From: Paludibacteraceae bacterium
Lineage (GTDB): Bacteria; Bacteroidota; Bacteroidia; Bacteroidales; Paludibacteraceae
NCBI GenBank assembly: GCA_017551025.1
Contig: JAFZNG010000021.1
Span: 12,908-76,907 of the forward strand
Length of the DNA stretch: 64,000 bases
Direction of reading: 5' to 3'
Each line of letters starts with the position of its first letter. Position 1 is the first letter of the stretch. Under the pieces are notes generated by a model. That model did not search any database. It had not been told where the DNA came from and saw nothing but the letters and a program-made list of their open reading frames with translations. This document shows positions 46,277 to 56,400 of the stretch, piece by piece. A program made the translations under genes and the position numbers.

Positions 46277-46822
46277 ATGGAACTGCCTATTTACTTAATA
46301 GGGTATATGGGTGCCGGCAAGACCACCGCCGGCAGATTGCTGGCCGAGAAACTGGGTTGGCATTTTGTAGATTTGGACGATGCGTTCTATCAGATTCACG
46401 GTTACACGACGGGCGATTACATCCGCCAATTCGGCATCGAAGATTTTCGCAAGAAAGAGAAATACGTAGTAGAGGACCTAGCCGAACTCCCCTATGAGCA
46501 CGTCATCTACGCCACGGGAGGCGGTTATCCGTGTTGGGAGGACAACATGGACTGCCTGTTGGAACTGGGCACAAGTATCTATCTGCGCTGGCCGGCAGAG
46601 CACCTGGCTAAACGACTCAGTCTGACAGACCTGAGCACTCGTCCGGTACTGGAGGGGCAGACGGAAGAGGAGTTGCTGGATTTCATACAGACGCAACTCG
46701 CCGAACGAGATCCGATATACAGCCGCGCCAACCACGTACTGGAAATAGACCACTGCGATGAGCAATCCGACGAGCGCATTGCGGAAAAACTGTATACCTG
46801 GATTCAAACTAATCGGAAGTAA
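46277..46822 (+). CDS. aroK: Shikimate kinase
   Basis: IYLIGYMGAGKTTAGRLLA...DLD. Confidence 0.88.
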   Translation: MELPIYLIGYMGAGKTTAGRLLAEKLGWHFVDLDDAFYQIHGYTTGDYIRQFGIEDFRKKEKYVVEDLAELPYEHVIYATGGGYPCWEDNMDCLLELGTSIYLRWPAEHLAKRLSLTDLSTRPVLEGQTEEELLDFIQTQLAERDPIYSRANHVLEIDHCDEQSDERIAEKLYTWIQTNRK

Positions 46823-46823
46823 C

Positions 46824-47237
46824 ATGAGCATTGAAGAGAAACAGAAACAGATCATCGAGGAGTTTGAGGGTCTGGAATGGATAGACCGCTACGAGATGAT
46901 TATCGAATACGGAAAAGACCTTAAGCCTTTCCCAGCCGAGTTGCGCACCCAGCAGAACTTGATAGAAGGTTGTCAATCGGAGGTATGGTTCACGGCCGAA
47001 CTGCAAGACGGGAAAGTCATCTACCGTGCGGATTCGGACGCTCTATTAGTGAAAGGCATTGTGGCCTTGCTGGTGGATGTATTGAGTGGCCACACGCCAA
47101 AAGAAATCGTCGATGCAGATTTACACTTCATCGACGATATCCAATTGCGGGAACATCTATCCCCCACGCGCAGCAACGGCATAGCCGCTATGCTGCATCA
47201 GATGAGGCTATTTGCCTTAGCCCTTTCGGCTAATTAA
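46824..47237 (+). CDS. sufE: SufE-like cysteine desulfuration protein
   Basis: LIEGCQSEVWF and SNGIAAML. The ATG at 46824 follows the aroK stop. Confidence 0.8.
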   Translation: MSIEEKQKQIIEEFEGLEWIDRYEMIIEYGKDLKPFPAELRTQQNLIEGCQSEVWFTAELQDGKVIYRADSDALLVKGIVALLVDVLSGHTPKEIVDADLHFIDDIQLREHLSPTRSNGIAAMLHQMRLFALALSAN

Positions 47238-47896
47238 TCAAAAATCATTTCGTCACGGAACTCCAATATGCGTCCCGGATAGCGTTCGGGCCAGAGCATG
47301 TTGTGGGTAGATATGATAACAGCAATTCCTGCCTTGCATATCTCCACAAGCAGCGCCATAATCTCGTTACCCGTCTCGGGGTCTAGGTTACCTGTAGGTT
47401 CGTCGGCCAGGATCATCTCGGGCGAATTAAGCAGAGCACGGGCAATCACAACACGTTGCTGTTCGCCTCCGGAAAGTTGGTAGGGCCGTTTGTAGGCCTT
47501 GTCGGCCATGCCTACCTGCTTAAGCACTTCCTGTATATGGTCGTGCATGAGTCGCTTGTCCTTCCATCCGGTAGCTTCGAGCACAAATAGCAGGTTGTCC
47601 TCCACCGAACGGTCAGTAAGTAACTTATAGTCCTGGAACACAATACCCATGCGACGACGCAAGAGAGGCAATTTGCGATAGCCGATAGCACGCAAATCAT
47701 ATCCGAGCACCGTAGCACTACCCTGCTCTATGGGCAACGCGCCGTATAACGTCTTGAGCCAACTGGACTTACCGGAACCAATCTTACCAAGCAAGTAAAC
47801 CAATTCGCCACTATGCACTGTTACGTTGACATTACGTAGCACGATCTGCTCTTGCTGGCAGATTTCCACGTTTCTATATTCAATCAGAGCAGCCAT
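47234..47896 (-). CDS. ftsE: Cell-division ABC ATP-binding protein FtsE-like
   Basis: Walker A GKIGSGKSS, signature LSGGEQQR, and ILADEPTGNLD. 220 aa. Confidence 0.75.
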   Translation of the reverse strand: MAALIEYRNVEICQQEQIVLRNVNVTVHSGELVYLLGKIGSGKSSWLKTLYGALPIEQGSATVLGYDLRAIGYRKLPLLRRRMGIVFQDYKLLTDRSVEDNLLFVLEATGWKDKRLMHDHIQEVLKQVGMADKAYKRPYQLSGGEQQRVVIARALLNSPEMILADEPTGNLDPETGNEIMALLVEICKAGIAVIISTHNMLWPERYPGRILEFRDEMIFD

Positions 47897-49362
47897 TAGT
47901 CTTCGTTTTCCATTTTCTGTTCGAGCTCCTCAAGTTGTTTCTTGAGTGCATCGATTTTCTTCTGCATATCATCCACCAGCTTGTTGGCTGTCTTGGACTT
48001 TGCGGTAAAGAAGAGGATATTGTTCTCGGCCGTTTTGATCTCCTGTTGCAGACGGTCGTGCATGCGACGCAGTCCTTCAGCACCTTGGCTGGCAGCCGCC
48101 TTGACAGCTCGTGCAGCACGCTCTTTGCGGTTCTCGTCGCGCGATTCCTTCATAGCCTCGCGACGTGCGTTAAAGAAACTATCGCAGGTCTCATTGAATC
48201 GTTTCCACAGTTCGTCGCTGTACTTACGTGCCACAGGACCTATCTGTTTCCACTCCTTTTGCAAGTCCATGAGTTTGTCGCTTGTCTCGCGCCAATCCTG
48301 GCTATCCTTTAGCGCTTCAGCCTGCTCGATGAGGGCACGTTTACGCTTGAGATTCTCGTTGAGTTCATCGCGAAGTCCTTTATAGAAAGCCGTCTTGGCC
48401 TGGAAGAAGCCATCGCACAAGGCACGATATTCCTCGTAGATGGTCTGATTCTGCTTCTTAGGAGCAAAACCTATGGTACGCCACTCGTTCTGGAGAGCCT
48501 GAACTTGCTCGGTCATAGCATCCCACTGCTTATTCTGCTTCAGTTCTGAGAAATCGAGCGCCTTGAGTTGGTCAATGATAGCTTGCTTGCGCTCCAGATT
48601 CTCTTGCTCCTTCTTGTGCAATTCGTCAAAATACGCTTGGTGCTTCTTATTAATAATCGTAGAAGCCGCCTTAAAGCGATTCCACAGGTCTTCGCGCAGT
48701 TCACGCGCTACCGGACCAATCTCAGCCCATTCATCGTGGAGTTGCTGCAAAGCACGACTGGCTTCAATGACCGATGGATTCTCCTGCAGTTTTTCTGCGG
48801 CTTCACAGAGCAGGGTCTTCATCTCAAGATTTTTCTTGAAATCCAGATCACGCAACTCAATATTGATTTTTACCAGATCGTAGAACTGTTCCTGGTATTG
48901 CTGGTATTGCTTCCAGATCTCCTGCACTTTCGGAGCCGGTACTTGACCGATCTCTTTCCACTGCGCTTGCAACTCACGCATGCGCTTGAGATTGTCCATA
49001 ACATCGGCGCATTCGGCCTCTGCCAACTGCTTCATTTCCTTGAGGATCTCTTGCTTGCGCTCGAGATTAGCTTGCTGCTCAGCTTCCAAACGGGCCGTAG
49101 CCTCCTGGCGCAACTTCTTATATTGTGCTAACAACTCACGAAACTCCTGCTCCTGTTCATCCACAGGCGGTTGCCATGTTTCCAGCACCTCACCGGCTGC
49201 CTCAGCCGCCTGCTGGGCCTGTTGACGCAGGGTCTCCAGTTCCTGGTGATACTGACGATAAAACTGGTTTTTCAACTGTTCTACCTGCTCCTTGAGAGCA
49301 GTGCTGTCCTGTTCGAGTAGAGCCTTAAGCTCATCGATAAGTTGTTGCTTTTCGTTTGCCAT
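47896..49362 (-). CDS. DUF349-family coiled-coil protein
   Basis: Repeated units of the form W..IG.V.......LW.RF. The ATG at 49362 (MANEKQQLIDELK) sits downstream of the -7 box, so the track's longer N-terminus is rejected. Confidence 0.7.
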   Translation of the reverse strand: MANEKQQLIDELKALLEQDSTALKEQVEQLKNQFYRQYHQELETLRQQAQQAAEAAGEVLETWQPPVDEQEQEFRELLAQYKKLRQEATARLEAEQQANLERKQEILKEMKQLAEAECADVMDNLKRMRELQAQWKEIGQVPAPKVQEIWKQYQQYQEQFYDLVKINIELRDLDFKKNLEMKTLLCEAAEKLQENPSVIEASRALQQLHDEWAEIGPVARELREDLWNRFKAASTIINKKHQAYFDELHKKEQENLERKQAIIDQLKALDFSELKQNKQWDAMTEQVQALQNEWRTIGFAPKKQNQTIYEEYRALCDGFFQAKTAFYKGLRDELNENLKRKRALIEQAEALKDSQDWRETSDKLMDLQKEWKQIGPVARKYSDELWKRFNETCDSFFNARREAMKESRDENRKERAARAVKAAASQGAEGLRRMHDRLQQEIKTAENNILFFTAKSKTANKLVDDMQKKIDALKKQLEELEQKMENED

Positions 49363-49389
49363 AATAGTAACGCGTAATAAAAAATCGTG

Positions 49390-49421
49390 CAAATTTACAA
49401 CAAAAAAATCAAATATGCAAG
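49390..49421 (-). promoter_or_regulatory. -33/-7 promoter for DUF349/ftsE
   Basis: The reverse strand reads cTTGCAtatttgatttttttgttgTAAATTTG. Confidence 0.5.
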
Positions 49422-49436
49422 ATTTTGAGCAAAAAA

Positions 49437-49468
49437 CTTGCGTATATCGAATATTTTTTCTACCTTTG
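49437..49468 (+). promoter_or_regulatory. -33/-7 promoter for the trypsin-like protease gene
   Basis: cTTGcgtatatcgaatattttttcTACCTTTG. Confidence 0.55.
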
Positions 49469-49489
49469 TGCTCAAAATTCGAGAATACT

Positions 49490-50986
49490 ATGAAAAAGCG
49501 TTTCTTTTTACTGCTTACCATGTTGAGTGTAAGTATGTCTTGTTTGCTGGCTGACGACTGGACCGGAACGGGTTGGGCCCTCAAGGACGGCTATGTAGTA
49601 ACCAATCATCACGTAGTAGAGAATGCCAACAGTATCGTACTGAAGTTTCAACGCGGCGGTCGGCTCTTTGAATACGATGCCGAAGTGGTTGCCGTAGATG
49701 CTGAGCATGATGTCGCATTGATACATATCACAGCGTCATCGTTCCCTGGTTTCGGTGAGATACCCTATGCCGTAAAGACTGATCTGGCCGATGTAGGCGA
49801 ATCGGTATTCGTACTGGGTTATCCGCTCACAGACACCATGGGAGACGAGATCAAGTTGACCACGGGTATTATCTCTTCGCACTCCGGATACCAAGGCGAC
49901 CAATCCCTTTATCAGATATCCGCGCCGGTACAACCGGGCAACAGCGGTGGTCCGCTATTTGATGACAAAGGTAATGTAATAGGTATCGTGTGCGCTATGC
50001 ACATGCGCGCGGAGAACGCCAATTATGCCGTAAAAGCATCCTATTTAGCCGATTTGGTACGTCGTCAGTTGGGTAGCGTAGCAATCCTGCCGACAGCGAA
50101 CCGTCTGGAGCAGTTGAGTCTGCCGGAAAAGGTTAAGAAAGTGAAAGAGTTGGTATGTTATATCCAATGCTCCACGCGGCATAATCGTCCGAATCCCTCC
50201 AATGGTTCGGATATGCCTTCCGCCCCTCACAATAACCCGCCACAAACCACACCTTCCCGCCCAACACAACCGCAACAGACTTTGCCGCAAGGTCCGCTGG
50301 GCGAGGGTATCAGTTCGGGATTTGGCAGCAATACCGGTTCCGGAAGCGAATCGGGGAGCTCTTCAGATAGTGAAGGTCGTGCTTTCATAAGAGAATGTAT
50401 CACCCAGTGGGGTGAATGCCGCAACGTAGCCATCACCGAAACTAACGGCGATCTAGCCATCCATGGACGAAACGGTTGGGCCGGCACGGGATTGCCCGAG
50501 CGGTTGTCTAACGCGCTTACTGAATTGAACGAGGATAACAAATACATTTCTGATGTGCAGCTCACCGAGCAAGGCAATTGGATCATACTATACGGCAACA
50601 ACGGTTTCCGCTGGTCGGGTATCCCGAAATCGCTAGAAGATAAAATACGCGAATATAACGCAAATTATGAGGAGGTTACATCGGTTACGTTCAACGACTC
50701 GGGCGACTGGATTGTGATCACAACAGAGCACTATGCTTCGTCTGATGCACGTATCACAGCCTGGCTCAAAGAGGGTGCGGCCGAATACGGCATACTTTGG
50801 GCGGCATGTATCACAGAGCGAGGCATGGTAGCATGCTACGAGAAGGGGTACAAGTTCTTCGGCGAAGTGCCATCGGAACTGCGAAGCCGCTTGCGTGAAA
50901 CCGACTTTGACGTATATCGTATCAAGATTGCCGGTGAGAGTTATTTCTTCGCAGATAAAGAAGGACACTATCATTACAAGATGTAA
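49490..50986 (+). CDS. Exported trypsin-like (S1) serine protease with a low-complexity linker and an unrecognised repeat-containing C-terminal domain
   Basis: Signal peptide, then VVTNHHVV (His), DVALI (Asp) and GNSGGPLF (Ser). A P/Q/S/G-rich linker and about four repeats of roughly 45 aa follow. Confidence 0.75.
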   Translation: MKKRFFLLLTMLSVSMSCLLADDWTGTGWALKDGYVVTNHHVVENANSIVLKFQRGGRLFEYDAEVVAVDAEHDVALIHITASSFPGFGEIPYAVKTDLADVGESVFVLGYPLTDTMGDEIKLTTGIISSHSGYQGDQSLYQISAPVQPGNSGGPLFDDKGNVIGIVCAMHMRAENANYAVKASYLADLVRRQLGSVAILPTANRLEQLSLPEKVKKVKELVCYIQCSTRHNRPNPSNGSDMPSAPHNNPPQTTPSRPTQPQQTLPQGPLGEGISSGFGSNTGSGSESGSSSDSEGRAFIRECITQWGECRNVAITETNGDLAIHGRNGWAGTGLPERLSNALTELNEDNKYISDVQLTEQGNWIILYGNNGFRWSGIPKSLEDKIREYNANYEEVTSVTFNDSGDWIVITTEHYASSDARITAWLKEGAAEYGILWAACITERGMVACYEKGYKFFGEVPSELRSRLRETDFDVYRIKIAGESYFFADKEGHYHYKM

Positions 50987-51029
50987 TTCGAACTAATTTA
51001 CACTTTTTTCTTAAAAAATCGCACAAAAA

Positions 51030-51061
51030 TTTGCAGCAATGAGATTTTTTTTGTAATTTTG
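51030..51061 (+). promoter_or_regulatory. -33/-7 promoter for the caspase-like gene
   Basis: TTTGCAgcaatgagattttttttgTAATTTTG. Confidence 0.55.
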
Positions 51062-51083
51062 TCGCGATTTTTATACAAAAGGT

Positions 51084-51944
51084 ATGAAACGTCTAGTAAT
51101 CCTTGGTCTTCTGATGACGCTTGTGTTGGGTATGCAAGCGGCTACGAAGCGCGCTCTGGTGATAGGTATCGGTCCGTATCCCGCTTCGAGCGGATGGGCT
51201 CGCATCAACGGAGACAAAGATATTCCGGTAGTAGAAAAACTGCTGCAGGCTAACGGTTTTCAGCAGAAAAACATCTATACGCTGTGTAACGAGCAAGCAA
51301 CATTTTCCGCCATTTGCAATCAAATGGAGAAGATCATCTCAATTGCGCAACCAGGTGATTTCCTGTATATTCAATTCTCAGGACACGGTCAGCAGATTAC
51401 CGACCGTAACGGCGATGAGCCGGATGGCTACGACGAAGCCTGGGTGCCTTATGATGCGCCGATGCAGTATACCAAAGGCGTTTATGAAGGAGAACGCCAT
51501 ATTACCGATGATCGGTTGAACGGCTGGTTGCATCGCATGCGCAAACGTGTTGGAGAAAGCGGCAAAATCATCGTAGTAGCAGACGCCTGTCATAGCGGTG
51601 ACGGTACGCGAGGCCCGGCTGAAGAAGAGGCTGCGCAACATTTGGTCATTCGTGGCACTTCCGATAAATTTATCATTCCGGGTGCGTCCCAGCAAGCGCA
51701 ACGCCAGAGTTTCCCGATTGAGTGGATCAGTATCAGTGCATGCAAACCTTACCAATGCAATTACGAGTACAACGGAATGGGTTCGCTCACCTATGCACTC
51801 TATCAGGAGAGAGAGCGCCTCTCTACCCTAACCGGTAAGCAACTGCATCAAAGTATCCGACAAAGTATACAACGTGTCATCCCTCAGACCCAGACCCCTG
51901 TGGTCGACATGACGGACGACGATAGAGATAATCGCATTTTTTAA
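51084..51944 (+). CDS. Exported caspase-family (C14) peptidase / orthocaspase
   Basis: Signal peptide, KRALVIGIG, catalytic His in YIQFSGHG, DGYDEAWVPYD, and catalytic Cys in VVADACHSG. Confidence 0.8.
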   Translation: MKRLVILGLLMTLVLGMQAATKRALVIGIGPYPASSGWARINGDKDIPVVEKLLQANGFQQKNIYTLCNEQATFSAICNQMEKIISIAQPGDFLYIQFSGHGQQITDRNGDEPDGYDEAWVPYDAPMQYTKGVYEGERHITDDRLNGWLHRMRKRVGESGKIIVVADACHSGDGTRGPAEEEAAQHLVIRGTSDKFIIPGASQQAQRQSFPIEWISISACKPYQCNYEYNGMGSLTYALYQERERLSTLTGKQLHQSIRQSIQRVIPQTQTPVVDMTDDDRDNRIF

Positions 51945-51991
51945 AAATGTTGAAACAACCAATTTATTAACCCCAAAAAACAATTACGAGC

Positions 51992-52732
51992 ATGAAAAAA
52001 GTATTATTTGCTGTCATTGCGCTGAGCGCAATCCTGGTTTCTTGCAACAAGAAATGTTGTGGCAACTGCCATCCTGAGAACGACACCGTTGCAGTATCGG
52101 AAGAGAAAGCCGAAGCACAAGGTGAGTTGAGCGAAGGCCTCGAGGCTATCCGTATTGCTATGGATCTGGCACAATACGGTTACCGTGTTGAGTCGGCTGA
52201 CGCCCTGATCAAGGCTGCTGACATTTTGGCTTCTACTCCCAAGGTAGACATGCCTGAGGAGCAAGTAGCAGAGAAGAACAACCCGGAGGCTAAGGTTGAG
52301 GACAAAGACAACGACAAAGGCGAGATCACAGCCGAGAAACTGATTGCAGACGCTAAGGAAATGGCCGGCGACGACGCTCATTTGTTGGCAATGGCTGCTG
52401 ACGTTGAAAAGAAGATCGCTGCTGCATCGGAGAGCACTCGCGGTGCCGTTAACGGTCCGATCGAGCACTACGATCGCATCCTGGCTCGCGACTATGACCT
52501 GTACTACATTCCTTTCCGCGCAGGTGAGATTGCAGAGGTAGCAGTTATCGGCGACGGTGACACCGACCTGGATCTCTACGTTTATGATGCTAACGGCAAC
52601 CTGATCGTTTCTGACACGAGCTACAGCGGCAACTGCTATGTAAGCTTCCTGCCCTACGTAACCAGCAATTTCACGATCAAGATCGTTAACCGCGGCAACG
52701 TTTACAACAACTACGTACTGTTGACCAACTAA
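51992..52732 (+). CDS. Lipoprotein with an acidic helical N-terminal half and a PPC (pre-peptidase C-terminal)-like beta domain
   Basis: Lipobox ILVSC. The C-terminal region is DYDLYYIPFRAGEIAEVAVIGDGDTDLDLYVYDANGNLIVSD...FTIKIVN. Confidence 0.6.
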   Translation: MKKVLFAVIALSAILVSCNKKCCGNCHPENDTVAVSEEKAEAQGELSEGLEAIRIAMDLAQYGYRVESADALIKAADILASTPKVDMPEEQVAEKNNPEAKVEDKDNDKGEITAEKLIADAKEMAGDDAHLLAMAADVEKKIAAASESTRGAVNGPIEHYDRILARDYDLYYIPFRAGEIAEVAVIGDGDTDLDLYVYDANGNLIVSDTSYSGNCYVSFLPYVTSNFTIKIVNRGNVYNNYVLLTN

Positions 52733-52766
52733 ATTCTTGCGGCTTAGCCGCCGGAAAGAATAAAAG

Positions 52767-52795
52767 GAGTCGGCCTAATGGGTCGACTCTTTTTG
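52767..52795. terminator. Bidirectional terminator hairpin
   Basis: GAGTCG-loop-CGACTC followed by TTTTT. It overlaps the stop of the convergent 196-aa gene. Confidence 0.65.
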
Positions 52796-53353
52796 TATTT
52801 GTTTATATTCCGTTTCGCTTATCTGTTCGGCTTCATAAGCATCATAGGCCGTAGGAAGCATAGCTACCTGTACCGTCAATCGCTGGTACCATCGTTGCCA
52901 CTCCGCATCAAATTTGCCCAGGAGGAATGCAACATCTTTTCGCGCCGCATATAATGTCTGCAACGAATCCCGCATTCGTTCGCCGCAGGCTTGCATCTCT
53001 GCCAGCCTACATTCCGCCGGTTCGCGAAAACGCACCGCATCAATCTTCTGCTGCCAGTGATAGCAGGTCTGCTCGGCCAGCCGACACAATTGTCTGCACA
53101 GCACGTCTTTATCCATAGGCACTTCCGTTGTCGAGTCCGTTTGCGCCGGCGAAACCACGACCGTAGTATCACCCGGCACAACGGTCGTCTCGGACGACGA
53201 CTGGACAACTACAACCTGACGCTGAAGATCCAGCGTAGCCGAATGACGGGTAATACGTCCGCGATGCTCCAGGTAGTACTCACCGCCAAGCGCAAGCGCC
53301 ATCAGCACCAACGCACCCACAACAATGGCAATATAACGTCCGTTTTCTTCCAT
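52775..53353 (-). CDS. Single-pass membrane protein, unknown function
   Basis: TM segment YIAIVVGALVLMALALGG, a T/V/S-rich spacer and a Cys-containing helical domain. The start is the ATG at 53353 or at 53365. Confidence 0.5.
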   Translation of the reverse strand: MEENGRYIAIVVGALVLMALALGGEYYLEHRGRITRHSATLDLQRQVVVVQSSSETTVVPGDTTVVVSPAQTDSTTEVPMDKDVLCRQLCRLAEQTCYHWQQKIDAVRFREPAECRLAEMQACGERMRDSLQTLYAARKDVAFLLGKFDAEWQRWYQRLTVQVAMLPTAYDAYEAEQISETEYKQIQKESTH

Positions 53354-53408
53354 TTTCGGGCACAAAATTACAACATTTTTTGCAAATTTGCAATTTTATT
53401 TGCATAAT

Positions 53409-53440
53409 TCAAGAAAAAAGTGTAATTTTGCGCGAATTTT
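53409..53440 (+). promoter_or_regulatory. -33/-7 promoter for the MMPL gene
   Basis: TTTGCAtaattcaagaaaaaagtgTAATTTTG. A divergent reverse-strand -7 box lies at about 53371-53378. Confidence 0.55.
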
Positions 53441-53455
53441 TGTGTACACACACGT

Positions 53456-56400
53456 ATGACACGTAAGCGCACGCACTACATATTATTTTACTCTACACTG
53501 CTACTCGCATTGATTAGCGGCGTGCTGATATTCTATACAAATGTCAACTCGGACATGACCAAATATCTACCTAAAGACTCGGAGATGAGTCAGGGCTTGG
53601 TTATTCTGAACGAAGAGTTTGGCACAATACCGAATACGACGGGTGATGTGCATGCCATGTTCACCGACCTTAATGACCAAGAGCGTCGTGAGTTGGTGGA
53701 TTCGCTCAGCGCTTATGAGGAAATCGATTCGGTTCGCTACAAACAGAGCAGTGACGGTCGCTACACCCTGTACGACATGGATGTAGCCAAGTCGGTCAAC
53801 CAAAAGCAACTAGGACAACAGATAGCCAAGCGCTTTGGGCACGATGCCGTCGTAGAGACCAGCCAGGACGGTGCTACGCCGCCGCTATCGGTCATCATCA
53901 TCGCCGCCGCGCTGATACTGATCATCCTGCTTGTCATGGCACAATCGTGGGTAGAATCATTTATCATCCTCTTCACCTCCGGTATTGCCATACTGCTCAA
54001 CATGGGTACCAATGCCCTATTGCCCAGCGTAAGTATTACGACCAACTATATCGGATCGATTCTACAGATGGTGCTCTCGTTGGACTATTGCATCGTGCTG
54101 CTCAACCGGTATCGTCAAGAGCAACGTGACGAGACCGACAAACGCGATGCCGTTCTGGCTGCCAACAAGGCGATCCACCGTGCGTTCCGACCGATCATGA
54201 GTAGTGCGCTGACAACAGTCATCGGTCTGCTGATGCTCTGCTTCATGCGACTCCGTATTGGATTAGATATGGGTATTGTGCTGGCCAAGGGCGTGATATG
54301 CAGTTTGGTTTGCACCTTTACCGTGCTCCCGTCGATGATGATGCTGCTGCGCAACAGTATCAATTCTACGGTAAAGAAAGCTCCTGTGCTGCCTACCGAC
54401 CGTCTCGGACGATTTGCCACCAGTCATAAGATTCCAATGGCCATCTTTGCCGTCTGTCTGTTTGGCTTCGCGTATTACTTCGCCGGCAAGACGGAGATAT
54501 TCTTCTGCACCAACGGCGAATCGGAAATAGAAAAAGTCTTCCCGCAACCGAATCCGGTTGTTATCCTATACAGCAATACGGACCAGGATCGTATCATCAC
54601 CCTGGCCGACAGCCTGAAGCCCATTGATGGTGTGCAGTCGATTATCAGTTATCCTACCCTGCTCCAGCAACGCTACAATGCCGACGAAATGGTGCGGTAT
54701 ATCCAGGGTATGACTACCCAGTATAGCGACCTCATGCCGGATACTATTCCGCTGGATATGCTCACGCCGCGACTGATGCAGACGCTCTATTACATGCACA
54801 GCCGCCGCGATACGGCTGTCACGATGACTTTCCCCGAGATGATTAACTTCATCGAGCAGAATTGTCTGAACGACCCGATGACGCGTGATTTTATCGATGA
54901 TGATATGCGTAAGCAGCTGGCACTACTGCATACCATCGAGCGTACCGGCCCGGCGGAGGATGAAGAAGAGGAAGACGAACGTATCGTCGTTCCGAAACGT
55001 CCGAAGAAGAAATACCATAGCGGTAAGGACATCCGTACTACCCCCACCGACTCTATCGGACAGGGCGCAACGGCTCACTCGGAATATATCCTGCTGACCG
55101 ACTTCCTGCCCAAGCTTTACAAGGCCGCTCCGTCTGAATTGACGGCCGAACTGAGCCGACTGAGCAACCGCCAGCAACTCAACCGTCAGATGACCAAACG
55201 CGAACTGAGTGATTTCGTAGGTTCGAGCATGGCACAGACCAAGATGGTATTTAAGTTTGCCAAAGGCCATCACGAGACGATGTCGCCGTTGCAATACGTC
55301 CATACGCTTACCGACGACCTCTTCCAACGTCGCATGTTGCGCGCCATGGTGAGCGACGAGCAGATTGAAGCCCTCACGATACGTGTGCAACTGATGGATA
55401 TGTGTAATCAGGATGCCGCTTTGTCGCCACGCGAACTGAGCCAACTGTTGGCCGACTTCGGAATTACGGGCTTGAGTACGGCCGACCTATACGCGATAGC
55501 CTATCCCGAATCGCAACCGACCGTATCTATTGCGCAAAACCAAACAGATAGTCTGGCACAAGATAGTATGCATTTGGACAGTACCGAACTGGTAAAACCC
55601 GTTCCGGTAGCGAAGCCAAAGGTGACTGCCAAACCGGTCATTGCCAGCAAGAAAGCACGCAAAAAGAGCGCGGCAGAAATTCAGCAAGACCGCGTGACGG
55701 AGCGTATTCTGGACTTGTTGGAGGGCAAGCAATCCTTCCGCGCCGAGGAGATGGCAAAGCAATTTGCCTACCTTGGCCATGAGATTCCCGCCGAACAGGT
55801 TAGTCTGCTCTATACCTACTACGGCAGTATGAATGATTCTACAGCCGGCGAACTGCTGCTCACACCAGAGACACTCATCAACTATTTGTGCGATACGCTG
55901 GCCAACGATTCGCGCCTGCAACTGTTCATCACGGCGGAGCAGCGCCAAGACATTTCGTCCATTAAGCCACAACTACTCTCTCAGATGACGCGTCTCAACG
56001 GCGAAAGACACAGTCTGCTTATTCTCTTAACCGACCTGCCGCTGGAGTCAGTTCGCACCTTTGCCGCACTCGATAGTATCCACGCGCAAGTAGACGCACA
56101 ACTCACGCCTGAGACGCATTATATGATCGGCGAATCGGCGATGTATCGCGAGATGAAAGCCGGATTTGGCAGCGAGATGACGCGTATCAGTCTGCTGACA
56201 ATCATCGCCATCTTCCTAATCGTAGCGATTTCGTTCCGTTCGATTATCGTACCTACCATCCTGGTGGTAACCGTCATGACGGCCGTGTATGTCAACGTCA
56301 TCTTTGCCGGTCTGTTGCGCGGCGAGATGCTTTATCTGGCGTACCTTATCGTACAATCCATTCTAATGGGTGCCACCATCGACTACGGTATTCTATTTGC

